Both the position numbers and the translations under genes were made by a program. The notes beneath the pieces are model-generated. The model did no database searches. It was not told the DNA's origin and worked only from the letters and a program-made list of their open reading frames with translations. DNA of 43,459 nucleotides, from the NCBI GenBank assembly GCA_050613775.1, contig JBODTK010000133.1, positions 434,001 to 477,459 on the forward strand, read 5' to 3'. Positions 1 through 11,974 of the stretch are shown piece after piece (within the stretch, counting starts at the first letter, position 1; every line of letters begins with the position of its first letter). Source of the DNA: Neocallimastix sp. 'constans' (Eukaryota).

Positions 1-3000
1 ATGCACAAAGGGACTCTCCACTTTAGTTGGATGGTTTTCGGTTGGTTCTGGATATGGTTGAGGACGATTTAACTGGCATTTTTCACAATTACTAACAATT
101 CTTTTGATATCTTTAATCATATGATTCCAATAAAAGTTTTTTTTAAGTCTTTGATATGTTTTGTAATATCCTTCGTGGCCAATATTATGAGCTTCTAAAA
201 TTAATTTAAACCTTTTATTTTCGTCCGTTATTAATTTTCTATAATTTCCATTGTCGATAAAGTAATCTTCACCATCAATAACAGTAAACTTTTCATTAAT
301 AAATTCCTTTATAACTTTAGATAATAATTCTTCATTATTTCCATTAGTAATTTTTGTTAATAATATCTTTCTCTCTTCCTTACTTTTCATTCTTGAAAGA
401 GCATCAGCTAACACATTCTTTTTGCCTGATTCATATTTTATATTAATTCCAAGCATACTAGCGGTTAAACACCATCTTGTTTGCCTTGCATTCAAAGGTT
501 CTTTATTCTTAAATAAACCAACTAATGGTTTATGATCTGTGTAAATAGTTGTAGGTAATGGATTTCCTTCAATATAAGATTTAAATTTAGTCATACAGTA
601 AAACAAAGCGGTTCATTCTAAATCGGTAATACCATAATTCTTTTCAGCTTTCTTTAAACTTCTACTTATAAAGTGTATTGGATGCTCCTTACCGGTTTCT
701 TCTTCTTTTTGTAAAAGAACTCCACCAATTCCATTATACGAAGCATCAGTTCTAATGATAAAAGGTTTGTCAAATGACGGAAATTTTAGAATAGGTGCAT
801 TGATTAATTTTTCTTTTAGGAGTTCAAAGCTTTCTTGTTGTTCTTTATTCCATTCATATTTGGTATTCTTTTTCAATAATTTACATAAAGGTGAGGTAAT
901 TTGAGTATATTTAGGAATAAAATCACGATAATATCCTACTGCTCCTAAAAATGATCTTAATTCATGAAGTGATGAAGGGGCTTCCCACTTCTTAATAGCT
1001 GTTATCTTACTTTCCATGGGACTTAATCCTTTAGTAGTAAGTTTGTGACCTAATACATCAACTTCAGTTTGAAGAAAATGACACTTTTCAATATTAATTT
1101 TTAACTTGTTTTCTTTAAATACTTCTAATACTTGTTTAATATGAATTAAATGTTCTTCGATACTTTTTGAATAGATCAAAACATCATCAATAAATACATA
1201 AACAAATTCACCAATAAAAGGGAATAAAATTTTATTCATTTCTCTTTGGAAGGTTGAGGGAGCTCCAGTAAGTCCAAAAGGCATAACCTTAAATTGATAA
1301 TTTCCAAACTTAGTAGTGAAAGTGGTTACTTCAACGCTTTCTTCATCCATTAAGATTTGGTGAAAACCAGAAAATAAATCAAGAGTTGTAAATATTTTAG
1401 CTCCTCCGAGACTATCAAAAATTTCATCTATATATGGAACTGAATAAGAATCTTTTTCTGTCATATCATTGACTTTTCGGTAGTCAATGCACAAGCGCCA
1501 CTTTCCATTGTGTTTTAGAATAAGTACTACTGGAGATGACCATTCTGAACAGGATGGTTCTATCAATCCTTTCTTAATAAGTTTTGTAAGTTCTTCTTTT
1601 AAGATATCTGATTTTAATTTAGTTAACCTATAACTTCTTAATTTTACTGGCTTTGAATTTGCTTTTAAACGGATCTTATGTGGTGAAAGTTTAGAAGGAG
1701 TTAGTTCTTCTGTTGAAGTGGCAACTATGTCAATCATTTCTTTGAGAATTTTAATAATTTGTTCTTTATAATCTTTATTTAAGGTACTTAAAAATTCATC
1801 ACTCTCAATAAATTCCATTGGAGTTAATTCCTTTATAATTTCCTTTTCATTATTCGTTTCTTCAACTTTTCTAATAGTGCAGATTATACTTTCTTCATCA
1901 TAATATTGATTATTTATTTTAGCTATTTCTTCGTATTCACTTTCTGACAAAAGTTTACATAGACTGTTTAAGGTTGGATGAATAAATAAACAATGATCGA
2001 TTTGAGTTTTAAAGTTTATTAACATATCATAAAATGAGTCTTCTTTCTCAATAATTCTAATGTCCGCATTAAATTCATAATTATTAATTTTTACTGGTAA
2101 TCGAACAATAATTCCTTCCGAGTATTCTTCATCTTGTGTTGCTAGTTGGATTCTTCCACGACTTTTTCCAACTGTGTCATATTCACCAGGTAATTTATCA
2201 AAATACTGCTTAGTAACGATGCTTAGGTTACTACAAGAATCAATTAAAAGTTTTCCTAGTACTCCGTCAACACTTGCATCAACCATTGCTAAGTCTTCTT
2301 CGGCTACTTCATTACTTTTACTTATGTAGCTATGATCATAGTTATTCACTAATAAAGTTCGTGCTATTACATTGTCTACAGTTCCAATTATTTTAGATTT
2401 TTCTAACTTTAAACCTTGAGTTAATTGTGAACGAATTTTCGGACATGCATTCAAGAGTTGACCTATCGTAATACTGGATTTAAGATTATTTAAATCATCC
2501 ATAATATTGTAAGGTTCTTTATTATTCATCATTTTGATATTCCTTTTTACTAACTGAGTATTTTCATTATTAGTTTCTTTAGTTTTTGTTGAAATTAATT
2601 TTTCCAAAGTATTAGTTTTATTTTGTTGATTATCTTTATTCATTTCTAGATCTTCTATTTCATTATCGATTACAAGTATATCTTCAGATTCAACTTTTTC
2701 CTTTCCTTTTGATGAATAATTGTTGTTTTCTTCTTTACTTTCTCTTACTCTTGTTATATTTCTTAATTCCTTTTCTTTTTGTTTTTCTTTGTTAATATTT
2801 GGTTGAGTTAAAATTGAAGGAAGTATTTGATTTTTATAAACTTTATTTGGTTTATTATGTAGCTCATTTTCTTTCTTCTTTCTTAAAGCAGGAGTTGCGA
2901 AAGGACGTGGATTATCTTTTAAACTTTTATGTACTTTCTTGGAATTATTTTCTTCTTTTTCGCTCTTATTATCATTCATTTTTCTTTTTATAGCATTTAT

Positions 3001-3174
3001 AATGATATCATCCTCACTTTCAGTTGTGTCACTAAAATCAGATTCTTCAGATTCTTCATTAAAGGAATTATTATCAATTGGAGTATTCTTAGTAAAAGTA
3101 TTATTTTGTAAATTATTTAATGAAGCTATTGTTTTGTCATTGGGAGTGCTTCTGCTCCCATTTAAAAGTTTAAA
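1..3174 (-). pseudogene. pol: A1 pol (protease-RT-RNase H-integrase) with an in-frame nonsense codon
   Basis: Motifs LIDSCS, DLFSGFHQI, FIDD, TDAS. The GGA codon of A2 is TGA here (615-613). Downstream sequence is colinear with A2 to the window edge (constant offset 27794). The pol frame begins at the slippery site 3174-3168. Confidence 0.92.
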
Positions 3175-4072
3175 GACTTTTTGGAATATATTTTTTTTTA
3201 TTTTTTTCCATAATCTTATTTAATTGAGGGCAATAGTATGAGTAATGACCTTCTTCCTTACAGAAGAAGCAAGTTTTAACAGATAAATTTCTCATTTTCT
3301 GGGTTGATTCTTCTATAATATCTTGAGGTTTCAGTTTATTATTTGTTTGACTTGTTTGGAAAGTTTCGTTTCTTCTTTTAGGATAAAGTCTTGAAGTAGT
3401 ACTTTTTTGATTATTTTGATTATGTTGGGAATTATTAACATTATAGGTATTAATATTATTGTTCCTTACGGAAAGTCTATCTACTTTCTCGGCAATTTTG
3501 AAAGCTTTCTCCATACTTATATCATCTTTAAGGGATAATTTCTTCCAGGCTTCATAATTATTTTGAATAGAATCAATATAATCTAGTACACCAATGCGCT
3601 TTCTTCTCTTTTTATCAAGTTTAGTGTACAAAGTTCTATATCTTACATTAAAGTCTTTAATCTTTTCGTTTCTTTTAATTCGCATTGCACGAAGTTCTTT
3701 AAGAAGTAAATTTTGGTCTTCTTTAATACCGTAAAAATTTTCAAGACTTGAAATAATTTTTCCAAAAGAAGGAAATTTAATATCATCATCAACATTTTCT
3801 TCTTCATCATCTTCTTCTTCTTCATCTGATGAATCATCACTTTCATCATCACTATCTTCTCCCAAATCTTCAATAACGCGTTGTACTTCACCAGAGCTGG
3901 TAAGTAAACAAACATTAAATATTGTTTCTGGATCTGTAATACCTTGTATCTTGATCCAAAGTTTTAATTCAGTAGCCCAGGACTTAATATCTAAATTGTC
4001 CTTGCTAAGTTTCACAATATCTCTTAATTCTTTTTTCAATTCTTTAAAGCTCAAAGTTGTTTCCTTGGACAT
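3170..4072 (-). CDS. gag: A1 gag (capsid + CCHC zinc knuckle); C-terminus frameshifted relative to A2
   Basis: ATG at 4072 aligns with the A2 start; acidic tract; CFFCKEEGHYSYYC. One base is missing near 3191-3199 versus A2, so gag stops inside the slippery heptamer. Confidence 0.88.
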   Translation of the reverse strand: MSKETTLSFKELKKELRDIVKLSKDNLDIKSWATELKLWIKIQGITDPETIFNVCLLTSSGEVQRVIEDLGEDSDDESDDSSDEEEEDDEEENVDDDIKFPSFGKIISSLENFYGIKEDQNLLLKELRAMRIKRNEKIKDFNVRYRTLYTKLDKKRRKRIGVLDYIDSIQNNYEAWKKLSLKDDISMEKAFKIAEKVDRLSVRNNNINTYNVNNSQHNQNNQKSTTSRLYPKRRNETFQTSQTNNKLKPQDIIEESTQKMRNLSVKTCFFCKEEGHYSYYCPQLNKIMEKNKKKYIPKSL

Positions 4073-4247
4073 TTTGTTTAAATATTTCTTGTTGTATATT
4101 AATGAGGTGATTAAATAAGAATAAATTTGGAAATACAACTTTAAAAATATAATTTAATAGGTAATTTAATATCGAATCAATTTTTAAAACAATATATTTT
4201 AGTAACTTTTGAAAATAATAATTTTATTTGCTTTCTTTAGTAGATAT

Positions 4248-4517
4248 AAGCTCGAAATCCTTATCGACAACTTAGTAGAAATTATAAAGCACGAGGTTCT
4301 TTTCGACTACTTTATTAAGAATAATTTTTAAGTTCGAAATCTTTATCGACAACTCAATAGAATAATTTTTAAGTTCGAAATCTTTATCGACAACTCAATG
4401 GAATAATTTTAAGTTCGAAATCTTTATCGACAACTTAATAGAATAATTTTAAGTTCGAAATCTTTATCGACAACTTAATAGAATATTTTTCAAGCTCGAA
4501 ATCTTTATCGACCACTT
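4248..4517 (-). repeat. Seven ~40-bp tandem hairpin repeats in the A1 leader
   Basis: Unit (+) aagttcgaaatctttatcgacaacttaatagaataatttt; element-sense AAGTTGTCGA-TAAAGATT-TCGAACTT stem-loop; two units degenerate. Confidence 0.9.
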
Positions 4518-4689
4518 GAATTTTGTAATTTAGTATATTTGTAGTAATAAATTTAGAAGCAAAGTTTTATTTATTATTTTCACCTTTCAAAAATTTTTCT
4601 TTTTAAACGATAAATATTGTATTGTTATAGCTAATAAAATTATTAATTAATTATAATTATTAAATACAAAAAAAAATAATCTTTATTGT

Positions 4690-4849
4690 CGTACAATCTG
4701 ATAGTACACACTGTCTGACGTGCAGCTTACCTAATGGTGTCATGCCACGCGTGTGCCACGATTACTATATTCAATATAAAATATAGCAGTTCAGAGCCCA
4801 CTAGCCCAATTACTATGTAGGATAAACTTAATCCGATAATCTATGTACG
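4690..4849 (-). ncRNA. Conserved structured cis-RNA motif in the A1 leader (shared with family C); function unknown
   Basis: GC-richer island; colinear blocks shared with 13862-14017 and helices with compensatory changes; identical in A2. Confidence 0.75.
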
Positions 4850-5524
4850 GAATAAAAAAATTTTAAAAGTATTCAATAATATTTTTATTAACTAATAAAA
4901 ATTAACTAAAAACACAATATTTTCAAAGTAAATTAAGATTCTTTTACAGGAATTATTAAACAAATAAAGTATCAGTAATAAAAAAAAATAAAAAAAAAAT
5001 TTAAATGGCGAAGTTAGCCAAAGTCTGATACTTTATATAATAAAGTGCCTTATAACTAGCACAAAGAAAAATAAAAAAAATAAAAAAAAAACAATCTTAC
5101 GCCTTCGGTGACGTAAGCTCCTTATTCGCCAGTGCTTGGAAAGTACCCGCACCTTCGTGTGTTGAAACGTTGAAGGCTGAACTATTATTACCGGGTCGGT
5201 AACCAAATACCTTCGTCTACTTTCCAATTAATTCCCAAAATAACTATTATCCAATAACCTACTATGAATAATAGATATTTTGTTGTTTTCTGGAAATACA
5301 CTGTGTATGAGCTCTATCCGCTCCTTGTTATAATTTTACAAGATTTGGTTTTTTTAGAATCTTAATTTTACTTATTAAAAAAATTTTTTTTTTTTTTTTT
5401 ATATATATATATCAAACAAGCGCCATAGGTTAATCAAAGGATTAACGACTTACTTGTTTATCAATATAAAATAAAAAAAAAATAAAATAAAAATCTATGT
5501 TATTTACTATTATTTCTATTTAAT

Positions 5525-5542
5525 TCCCCGATATCTCCACCA
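5525..5542 (-). promoter_or_regulatory. A1 primer-binding site, probably tRNA-Ala
   Basis: TGGTGGAGATATCGGGGA, 6 nt from the LTR end; complementary to a ...CUCCACCA 3' end typical of eukaryotic tRNA-Ala. Confidence 0.75.
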
Positions 5543-5548
5543 TATAAA

Positions 5549-5870
5549 TGTTAAAGTTTTAGAGAATTAAATAAAAATAAAGTAAGAAACACAAATTTTA
5601 TTTATTTATTTATTTATTATTTTTTTATTTATTTATTTTATTAATTTTACTTGATTTTATTTGATGATTTTTAAAAATTGGTAGCAAAATTTACAACTAT
5701 TTATACTTTTTTTTCAAGGCATAAAAGTTGTTCTTGCCACTAAATTACATTTTATTATTATTTTTCTTTTTATATATAAAAACTATTAAATTTAAATTGA
5801 TTTTTATAATCAATTATATAAAATTTAATTATAACAATATAAATAAAATACATTTATAATATTAATAAAA

Positions 5871-5911
<41 letters not shown>

Positions 5912-6392
5912 CTAAAATATTACTAATAAGAATTTATTTAATTGGCTATAATTTTTATTACAATCTGTTAAAATATTCAAATAAAAATAAAAATACTATT
6001 CTAATATAAAGGTTTTTAATAAAATAAAATATTTTTCAATATAAAATAAAACATTTCGATATAAAATTTTATAATAAAAGTTAAAATATAATATATAAAT
6101 TTTTAATCATCAATATATAAAATATTATTAATACAAATTTTCATTATTAATATAAAAATAAAAAAATAAGATTTATTATTAATATTGTTAATATAAGTTT
6201 TAAATATATAAAAATATTACTATTAATATAAGATTTAATATAAAAATATAAAGTTTAATATAATTTTTGATTTAATTTTTGATCTTTGGATTTAAAAATT
6301 TATTAAAGTACAAAAATAATAATGTACACATAATGTATTAGAAATAAATCGTAGGTTTAATTAAGAATGCATTATTTAGTACATTCTTATCA
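5549..6392 (-). repeat. A1 5' LTR (844 bp)
   Basis: TGATAAG...TTAACA in element sense; matches both A2 LTRs end to end with a few indels and substitutions. Confidence 0.95.
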
Positions 6393-6396
6393 AAAA

Positions 6397-6441
6397 TAAT
6401 AAGTTTAAGGTATTATTTATTTTATTTTCTTAAACTTATTA
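6397..6441 (+). repeat. Left terminal hairpin of B (13-bp stem, 19-nt loop)
   Basis: TAATAAGTTTAAG-gtattatttattttatttt-CTTAAACTTATTA. Confidence 0.9.
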
Positions 6442-6443
6442 AG

Positions 6444-6453
6444 TGGTGGAGAA
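6444..6453 (+). promoter_or_regulatory. B primer-binding site, probably tRNA-Ala
   Basis: TGGTGGAGAA directly after the terminal hairpin; same first 9 nt as the A1 PBS. Confidence 0.7.
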
Positions 6454-6534
6454 CCTCATTCTACTCCCGGGAAAGCAAATTCCTTGAACATTTTTTTATT
6501 ATCACATTTTTAAACCCATTTCTTGTATTTCAAA

Positions 6535-7386
6535 ATGAGTAGTAGTTCTAGTAAATCTGTTAAAGATGACTATGAAAAGGCTTCTAATATGGCAAAGGAT
6601 ATTGAAGCTTTAGGTGCCAAGAACACAAAATTTTTCAGATGGAAAATGGAACTGGAAGACATTTTCGAAGATCTTAATCTATCTGAAAAAGAAAAGAAAA
6701 GAATCAGTATTTCTACTACCACCGGCAAATTAAAAGAGTCTTGTACAAATATTTACTTTCAGAACAAAAAGTTATCCTTTGAGGAGTTTACTTCAAAGAT
6801 TGAAAAATTAATTGATAATGGTAAATCATCAATTAAGAACCTTTCAAAACTCGAAAATATTAAAATTTCTAATTTAACAGTTAATGAATTTAACAGTGAA
6901 TATAGTGACTTGCTACATGGAATATCTGATAGAGACAAACCATCTGTTGAAAGACAGATATTCCTGTACACTAAAGCCTTTAAAAGAAGAACACCAATTT
7001 TTAATATTCTTTTAAATAAACAACCAAAATCCTTAGAAGATGCCATGAATTATGCTTTAAAAGCTGAAGAAACCATTAATGAATATGAGAGTGACGACGA
7101 AAGTGATTTTTACAAATCTAAAAAGAGAACCAACTTTTCAAGAAGAAGACAGTCAAATTCTAATAACTCAAGACTTTTCGAAAATAAAGACAAGAATGAA
7201 AAATCAAAACAATCAAAAGAAGAATCCGATTTAGAAGCCCTCACCAAGAGTTTTGCCGAAATGAAGATTCATGTATGTCATCGTTGTAATCAGAAAGGTC
7301 ACGAAGAACGCTATTGTCCTAACGAAATGACTGATCTCAACAAAGCTATTGCTTCTATTCTATCCTTACAAGACCATTTAAATTAA
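6535..7386 (+). CDS. gag: B gag with CCHC zinc knuckle
   Basis: ATG 6535; CHRCNQKGHEERYC; ends T TTA AAT TAA (slippery site). Confidence 0.9.
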   Translation: MSSSSSKSVKDDYEKASNMAKDIEALGAKNTKFFRWKMELEDIFEDLNLSEKEKKRISISTTTGKLKESCTNIYFQNKKLSFEEFTSKIEKLIDNGKSSIKNLSKLENIKISNLTVNEFNSEYSDLLHGISDRDKPSVERQIFLYTKAFKRRTPIFNILLNKQPKSLEDAMNYALKAEETINEYESDDESDFYKSKKRTNFSRRRQSNSNNSRLFENKDKNEKSKQSKEESDLEALTKSFAEMKIHVCHRCNQKGHEERYCPNEMTDLNKAIASILSLQDHLN

Positions 7387-7431
7387 TTAAGGGAAGTTCT
7401 CAATCTTCCCACCATATAAATAAAATTGAGA
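7377..7431 (+). promoter_or_regulatory. B -1 ribosomal frameshift signal (U UUA AAU + H-type pseudoknot)
   Basis: Heptamer 7377-7383; stem 1 GGGAAG 7391-7396 / CTTCCC 7405-7410; stem 2 TCTCAAT 7398-7404 / ATTGAGA 7425-7431; the -1 frame is open into the ORF at 7506. Confidence 0.85.
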
Positions 7432-10400
7432 CCTTCTCGGATAATGATACAGACACTGATGATAACTATTATGACTCAAAGGTCGATTATAAAAATCATA
7501 AAAATATGTTAGAAGATCACATGACTGAAAATTTAGAAAAAAAAATTTTCCAAAATGATTTTTACCAATCAGAAAATGAGTATTCTTCAGAAAATTCTGA
7601 TATTCTTGATTCTGATGATTCTACCACAGATCACGTGACTTCTTCAACCAATAAAAATGTTATCAAAAACCTTATCTACGCTATCAAGAGAAAAGTTTCT
7701 GAAACAAATTTTGAGAAAGATCACGTGAGTAGCAAAAATAGTATAAACAAAAATATGTCACGTGATGTAGCTGTACCCAAGAAGAGAAGGAACCTTAAAG
7801 AAAGTGCACTTCCTATTAGCACAAAGGCCACTCAATTGTTAGCACAACAAGAAAATCACGATATCGGAACATATCAACACAATAATTACCGTGGTGACAA
7901 TACTACTAAAAATAATAACACTGAAAGACTTGACATTCTAGACACGTCAATAATCAGTGGGAAAAACATTACTAGTGCCAAAAAGAAGAATAAAGAAATT
8001 AGAAATAAAAGAAGACTTGGACCTGATGAAATAAATAAATCTTCAACAACTTTAGAAGACCCTCCAGACATTGAAATTGATGGCAACAAAACAAAAAGTA
8101 ATTATTACGACTTCCTTAGAACCATCCTAATGTTAGACAATAGGAAAGAATACGACCTATTTGATGCCCTTAATAATACTAACGCGGGAATCACGTTCGC
8201 TCAGTTATTCGCAGTAAGTCCACTCCTTAGACGGCTATGTATCAAAGGTCTTAAATTAAATCCTAATGATATAAGGAAAATCAATTCTGTTCACCATGTG
8301 AATATAAATGAAAACGATAGTGATTTCCTTATTAATATCTTTAAGAATATAAATCCAGAACCTTCCGATGATTCAAAGGCTCATCAAGACCCTGTTGAAA
8401 ACCCCAAAGACAATATTAAAAGAATTAATGTACTTGGTAAAGCTGGCATTGCTTCCGTTATTGGTTCAGTTGACAAAAATATGGTTAAAGTCCTTGTCGA
8501 TACGGGTTCTGAAGCTAATGTTATAACTACTTCCTTCTTTAAAATTATTGCAAAAAACCATAAAGTCCTTAAACTAGAAAGAAATTATTTCAAGGTTGCC
8601 GGAAAACAGATTATTTCCTCAGATCAGGTCGTCCATCTATGTTTAAAATTTGAAAATTTAGATATTAATGTTCCTTTCTACATTTTAGATGATGATGACA
8701 CTTCTTACGATATTATTATTGGTCGCCAAGTTCATAAGGATTATCGTTTATATATTGATCCTGACGACGATGCCTTATACAAAAAAACTGATTCTGGACC
8801 AGTTCTTGTTGCCCATCCTACGGATATTACTATTCCTGGAAACAGATTATACAGAATCTCTATATGTAATAGTACTAATGAACTACTTACTCTTTCAAAA
8901 CGTTCAGATAATGATATTGAACTTAAAAATATTGATAACAAAAAATTAAATAATTTAATTAATGAATACAAAGATGTTTTAATCAATTCTATTGATGATG
9001 TTTCTGTCGCTAAAGCTGAACCACACTCCATTGAACTAACAAACAATAAACCAATTAAAATGAGACCTTATAAAACTTCTTTAGAACAATCTAATGCTCT
9101 CAAAGAAGAAATTATAAAACTGTTGAAGCATGGATTAATTGAACCGTCACACTCACCATGGTCTTTTCCCGTTATTCTCGTAAGAAAGAAAAATGGTAAA
9201 TGGCGTATGTGTGTAGATTACAGAAGGTTAAATCAAATCACTATCAAAGACGCATATGCATTACCCTTTATTGATGAACTATTAGAATCAGTATTCGGTG
9301 CTAAATATTTTTCTGCTATTGATCTCTTCTCTGGTTTTCATCAAATTCCAATGAATCCTAGGGATATTGAAAAAACTGCCTTTACAACCAAATACGGTAA
9401 CTTCAATTTTAAAGTTATGCCATTCGGATTAACCAACGCTCCTGCAACATTTCAAAGAGAAATGAATCGAATTCTTATGCCTCTCATTGGTGTCTGCTTG
9501 TTTGTTTACATGGACGATATTCTTGTATATTCTCCCACGTTGGAACAACACTTAAAGGATTTAGAAAAACTTTTTAAAATCCTTCGTGACAATAAATTTC
9601 TATCAATATTGATAAATGTTCTTTTTGTAAGCATTCTGTTGAAGTTTTAGGTCATATGCTTACTGGTGAAGGTATTAAACCTGTTCCTTCAAAAGTTTTA
9701 GCCATCATGTCCTGGGACATACCTAAAGATGTTTCTCAGCTTCGTTCTTTCCTCGGACTTATTAGTTATTATCGTAAGTTTATTCCTAACTTCGCTGGTT
9801 TCTCTAATTGTTTATATAAACTTACAAGTCCCAAAGTTCCTTTTGTATGGACTAATATTCATTCTGAAGCTTTCGAAAATCTTAAAAAGGCAATTTGTTC
9901 CAATTCTGTGCTTAAATATCCTGACCCAAACCGTCCACTTATTATTCGTACAGACTCGTCCTCGTATGCAGTCGGTGCTGTTCTTTTACAAATTCAAGAC
10001 TCGTCCAAGTTAGAATTTCCAATTTATTGTGTTAGTCGTTGTCTCAAAAATGCTGAAACTAGATACTCAGTTACGGAAAAAGAAGGTATTGCCGTTATTT
10101 TCGCTTTAAAAAAATTTCGTTCTTATATCTCTGCTTCTCCCTTTCCTGTAAAACTTTTTACTGATCATAAACCTCTTGTAGGTTTCTTTTATAACAGTAT
10201 TCCTAATAAAGATCGTCATTTTAGATGGATTGCCATTTTTAACGAATTTCGAGTTGACCTTATTTATGATAAGGGTAAGAATAACGTTTTCGCTGATGCT
10301 CTTTCTCGTATTCCCTCTTCACAACATTTGAAAATTAATACCATTCACTCTATTCTTAGTAATGATGAAAGTAATGACGTTTCCTCATTTGCTCCTCCTA

Positions 10401-11545
10401 AAATATTAGAATATGTTAAAAAGAATTACTCATTTTATGATGGTTCTCTTGTTTTTCATGACAAATCTGGGAAACTCCTTAAAGTTATTGAAGATGAGGA
10501 TGTTAAATCTTCTCTAATCCGTAAAGCTCATCTTGTAGGCCATGAAGGTGTAGAAAAAACACTTTCTAGGTTGAAAGAAGCTTATTACTGGCCTGGTATG
10601 TATAAAGATATTGATAAATGTGTTAAATCATGCTTACGTTGTCAATGTTACCGTCCAAAACCGATTACTAAAAATCTTTCAAATATTCCCACTCCAGTCG
10701 AAAGACCATTTGTTAGAGTTGGCCTTGACATAGTTGGTCCTCTCCCTATTACAAATAAAGGAAACCAATATTTAATTGTACTCGTAGACTATACAACAAA
10801 ATGGGTTGAGGCTATGCCACTAAAAAATATTGAAAGTCAAGACGTAATATATTTTTTAAAGGATGTCTTTGCAAGACACGGTGTTCCAGAAATAATTGTA
10901 ACTGATAATGGTCCGCAGTTTTCATCTGATATTACAAAAACAATGATAGACTTATATGGTTCATGGGTACAATTTGTAGCTCCACATCATCCTGAAGCTA
11001 ATGGACAGGTAGAAAATAGAAACAGAGAAATAATTAAAATACTAAGACACCTTTGTTTCAATCAAGAAAATTGGGATGATTATATTCCTGCTTCTTTATG
11101 GGCTCTTCGTACTACAAGATCTAGTGTTACTGGATTCAGTAGTTTCGAACTTCTCTATGGAAGGAAAGATTTATGGCCTCTTAGTGTAGTAATTTCCGAT
11201 ATCAACAAAGCTAAAAACGAAACTAATGAAGAATACAATTTAAGAAGATTCATTTTACATCAAAAATGGGTTAAAGAAGCTATGGAAAATATTAAAAAAG
11301 CTCATGCCTACTGGTCACAAAGAAGTAAAGCAAGAGATAATATGAATCATAAATATAAGCCAGGAGATTTAGTGCTTGTTCGCTACATAGGAAGAAAAAA
11401 ATTAGATCCATTTTTCTTAGGACCATATAAAGTTTTAAAAGCGTCAAAATATAATACCTTAGTTCTAGAAACAATTGACACACATAAAATTTTAGAACGT
11501 AACATACATATAAAAAATGTCAAACCGTACTTAGTATCAATATAA
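7377..11545 (+). CDS. pol: B pol (PR-RT-RH-IN) split by a 1-nt deletion at ~9597-9599
   Basis: LVDTGS, DLFSGFHQI, YMDD, TDSS, HHCC, D-D-E, GPY. Adding one T restores NKFSINIDKCSFC...VLGH and joins ORFs 7506-9650 and 9656-11545. Confidence 0.88.
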
Positions 11546-11610
11546 AAAAAAATAATAATAAATAAAAATAAATTTTAAATTGAAATTACTTTTGAGATCA
11601 CTTTATTTTT

Positions 11611-11647
<37 letters not shown>

Positions 11648-11974
11648 ATATCCAATATTATCAGAAACTTACATTTTTATTTGAAAATTTCAGTAATATT
11701 ATTATAAATTAATAAAATATCCTTATTAATATCAATTATTTCATCAATAATACATTTATATGAAAACAAGACAAAAAAAAAAAAAAAAAAAATTATTATT
11801 AAAATTATTTCATTTATTTTTTTTAATTTTTTTTATTATTATATTTTTATAAAAAAAAAAAAAAATTTTTTATTATTAAAATTATTTCATTTATTTTTTA
11901 ATTTTATATTTTTCCTTATTATTATTATTTATTATTCTTTTCAGATATAAGTTATATCTTATGGGAGGAAAACT

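Larger units (their letters stand above)
1..6392 (-). mobile_element. Ty3/Gypsy LTR retrotransposon, family A copy 1 (A1); 3' part beyond window; carries inactivating lesions
   Basis: 5' LTR 5549-6392 (TG..CA), tRNA-type PBS, ~1.45 kb leader, gag with CCHC knuckle, pol in PR-RT-RH-IN order; near-identical to the complete copy A2 (26080-34112). Confidence 0.97.

Noticed and set aside
4248..4517. CRISPR-like appearance of the ~40-bp palindromic repeats (also 32044-32231)
   Set aside because: The intervening sequences are near-identical rather than unique spacers, there are no cas genes, and the array lies in a eukaryotic retrotransposon leader.
4690..4849. Lariat-capping ribozyme or group I intron identity for the shared motif (CTGCACG; antisense GCAGTTCAGAG)
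   Set aside because: CTGCACG is not conserved in C, no P7-type pairing is found, and the R-element-like string is on the non-transcribed strand.
1..6392. A1/A2 as a segmental duplication or assembly artefact
   Set aside because: They differ by many substitutions, leader repeat number and LTR indels, and A2 has its own TSD.
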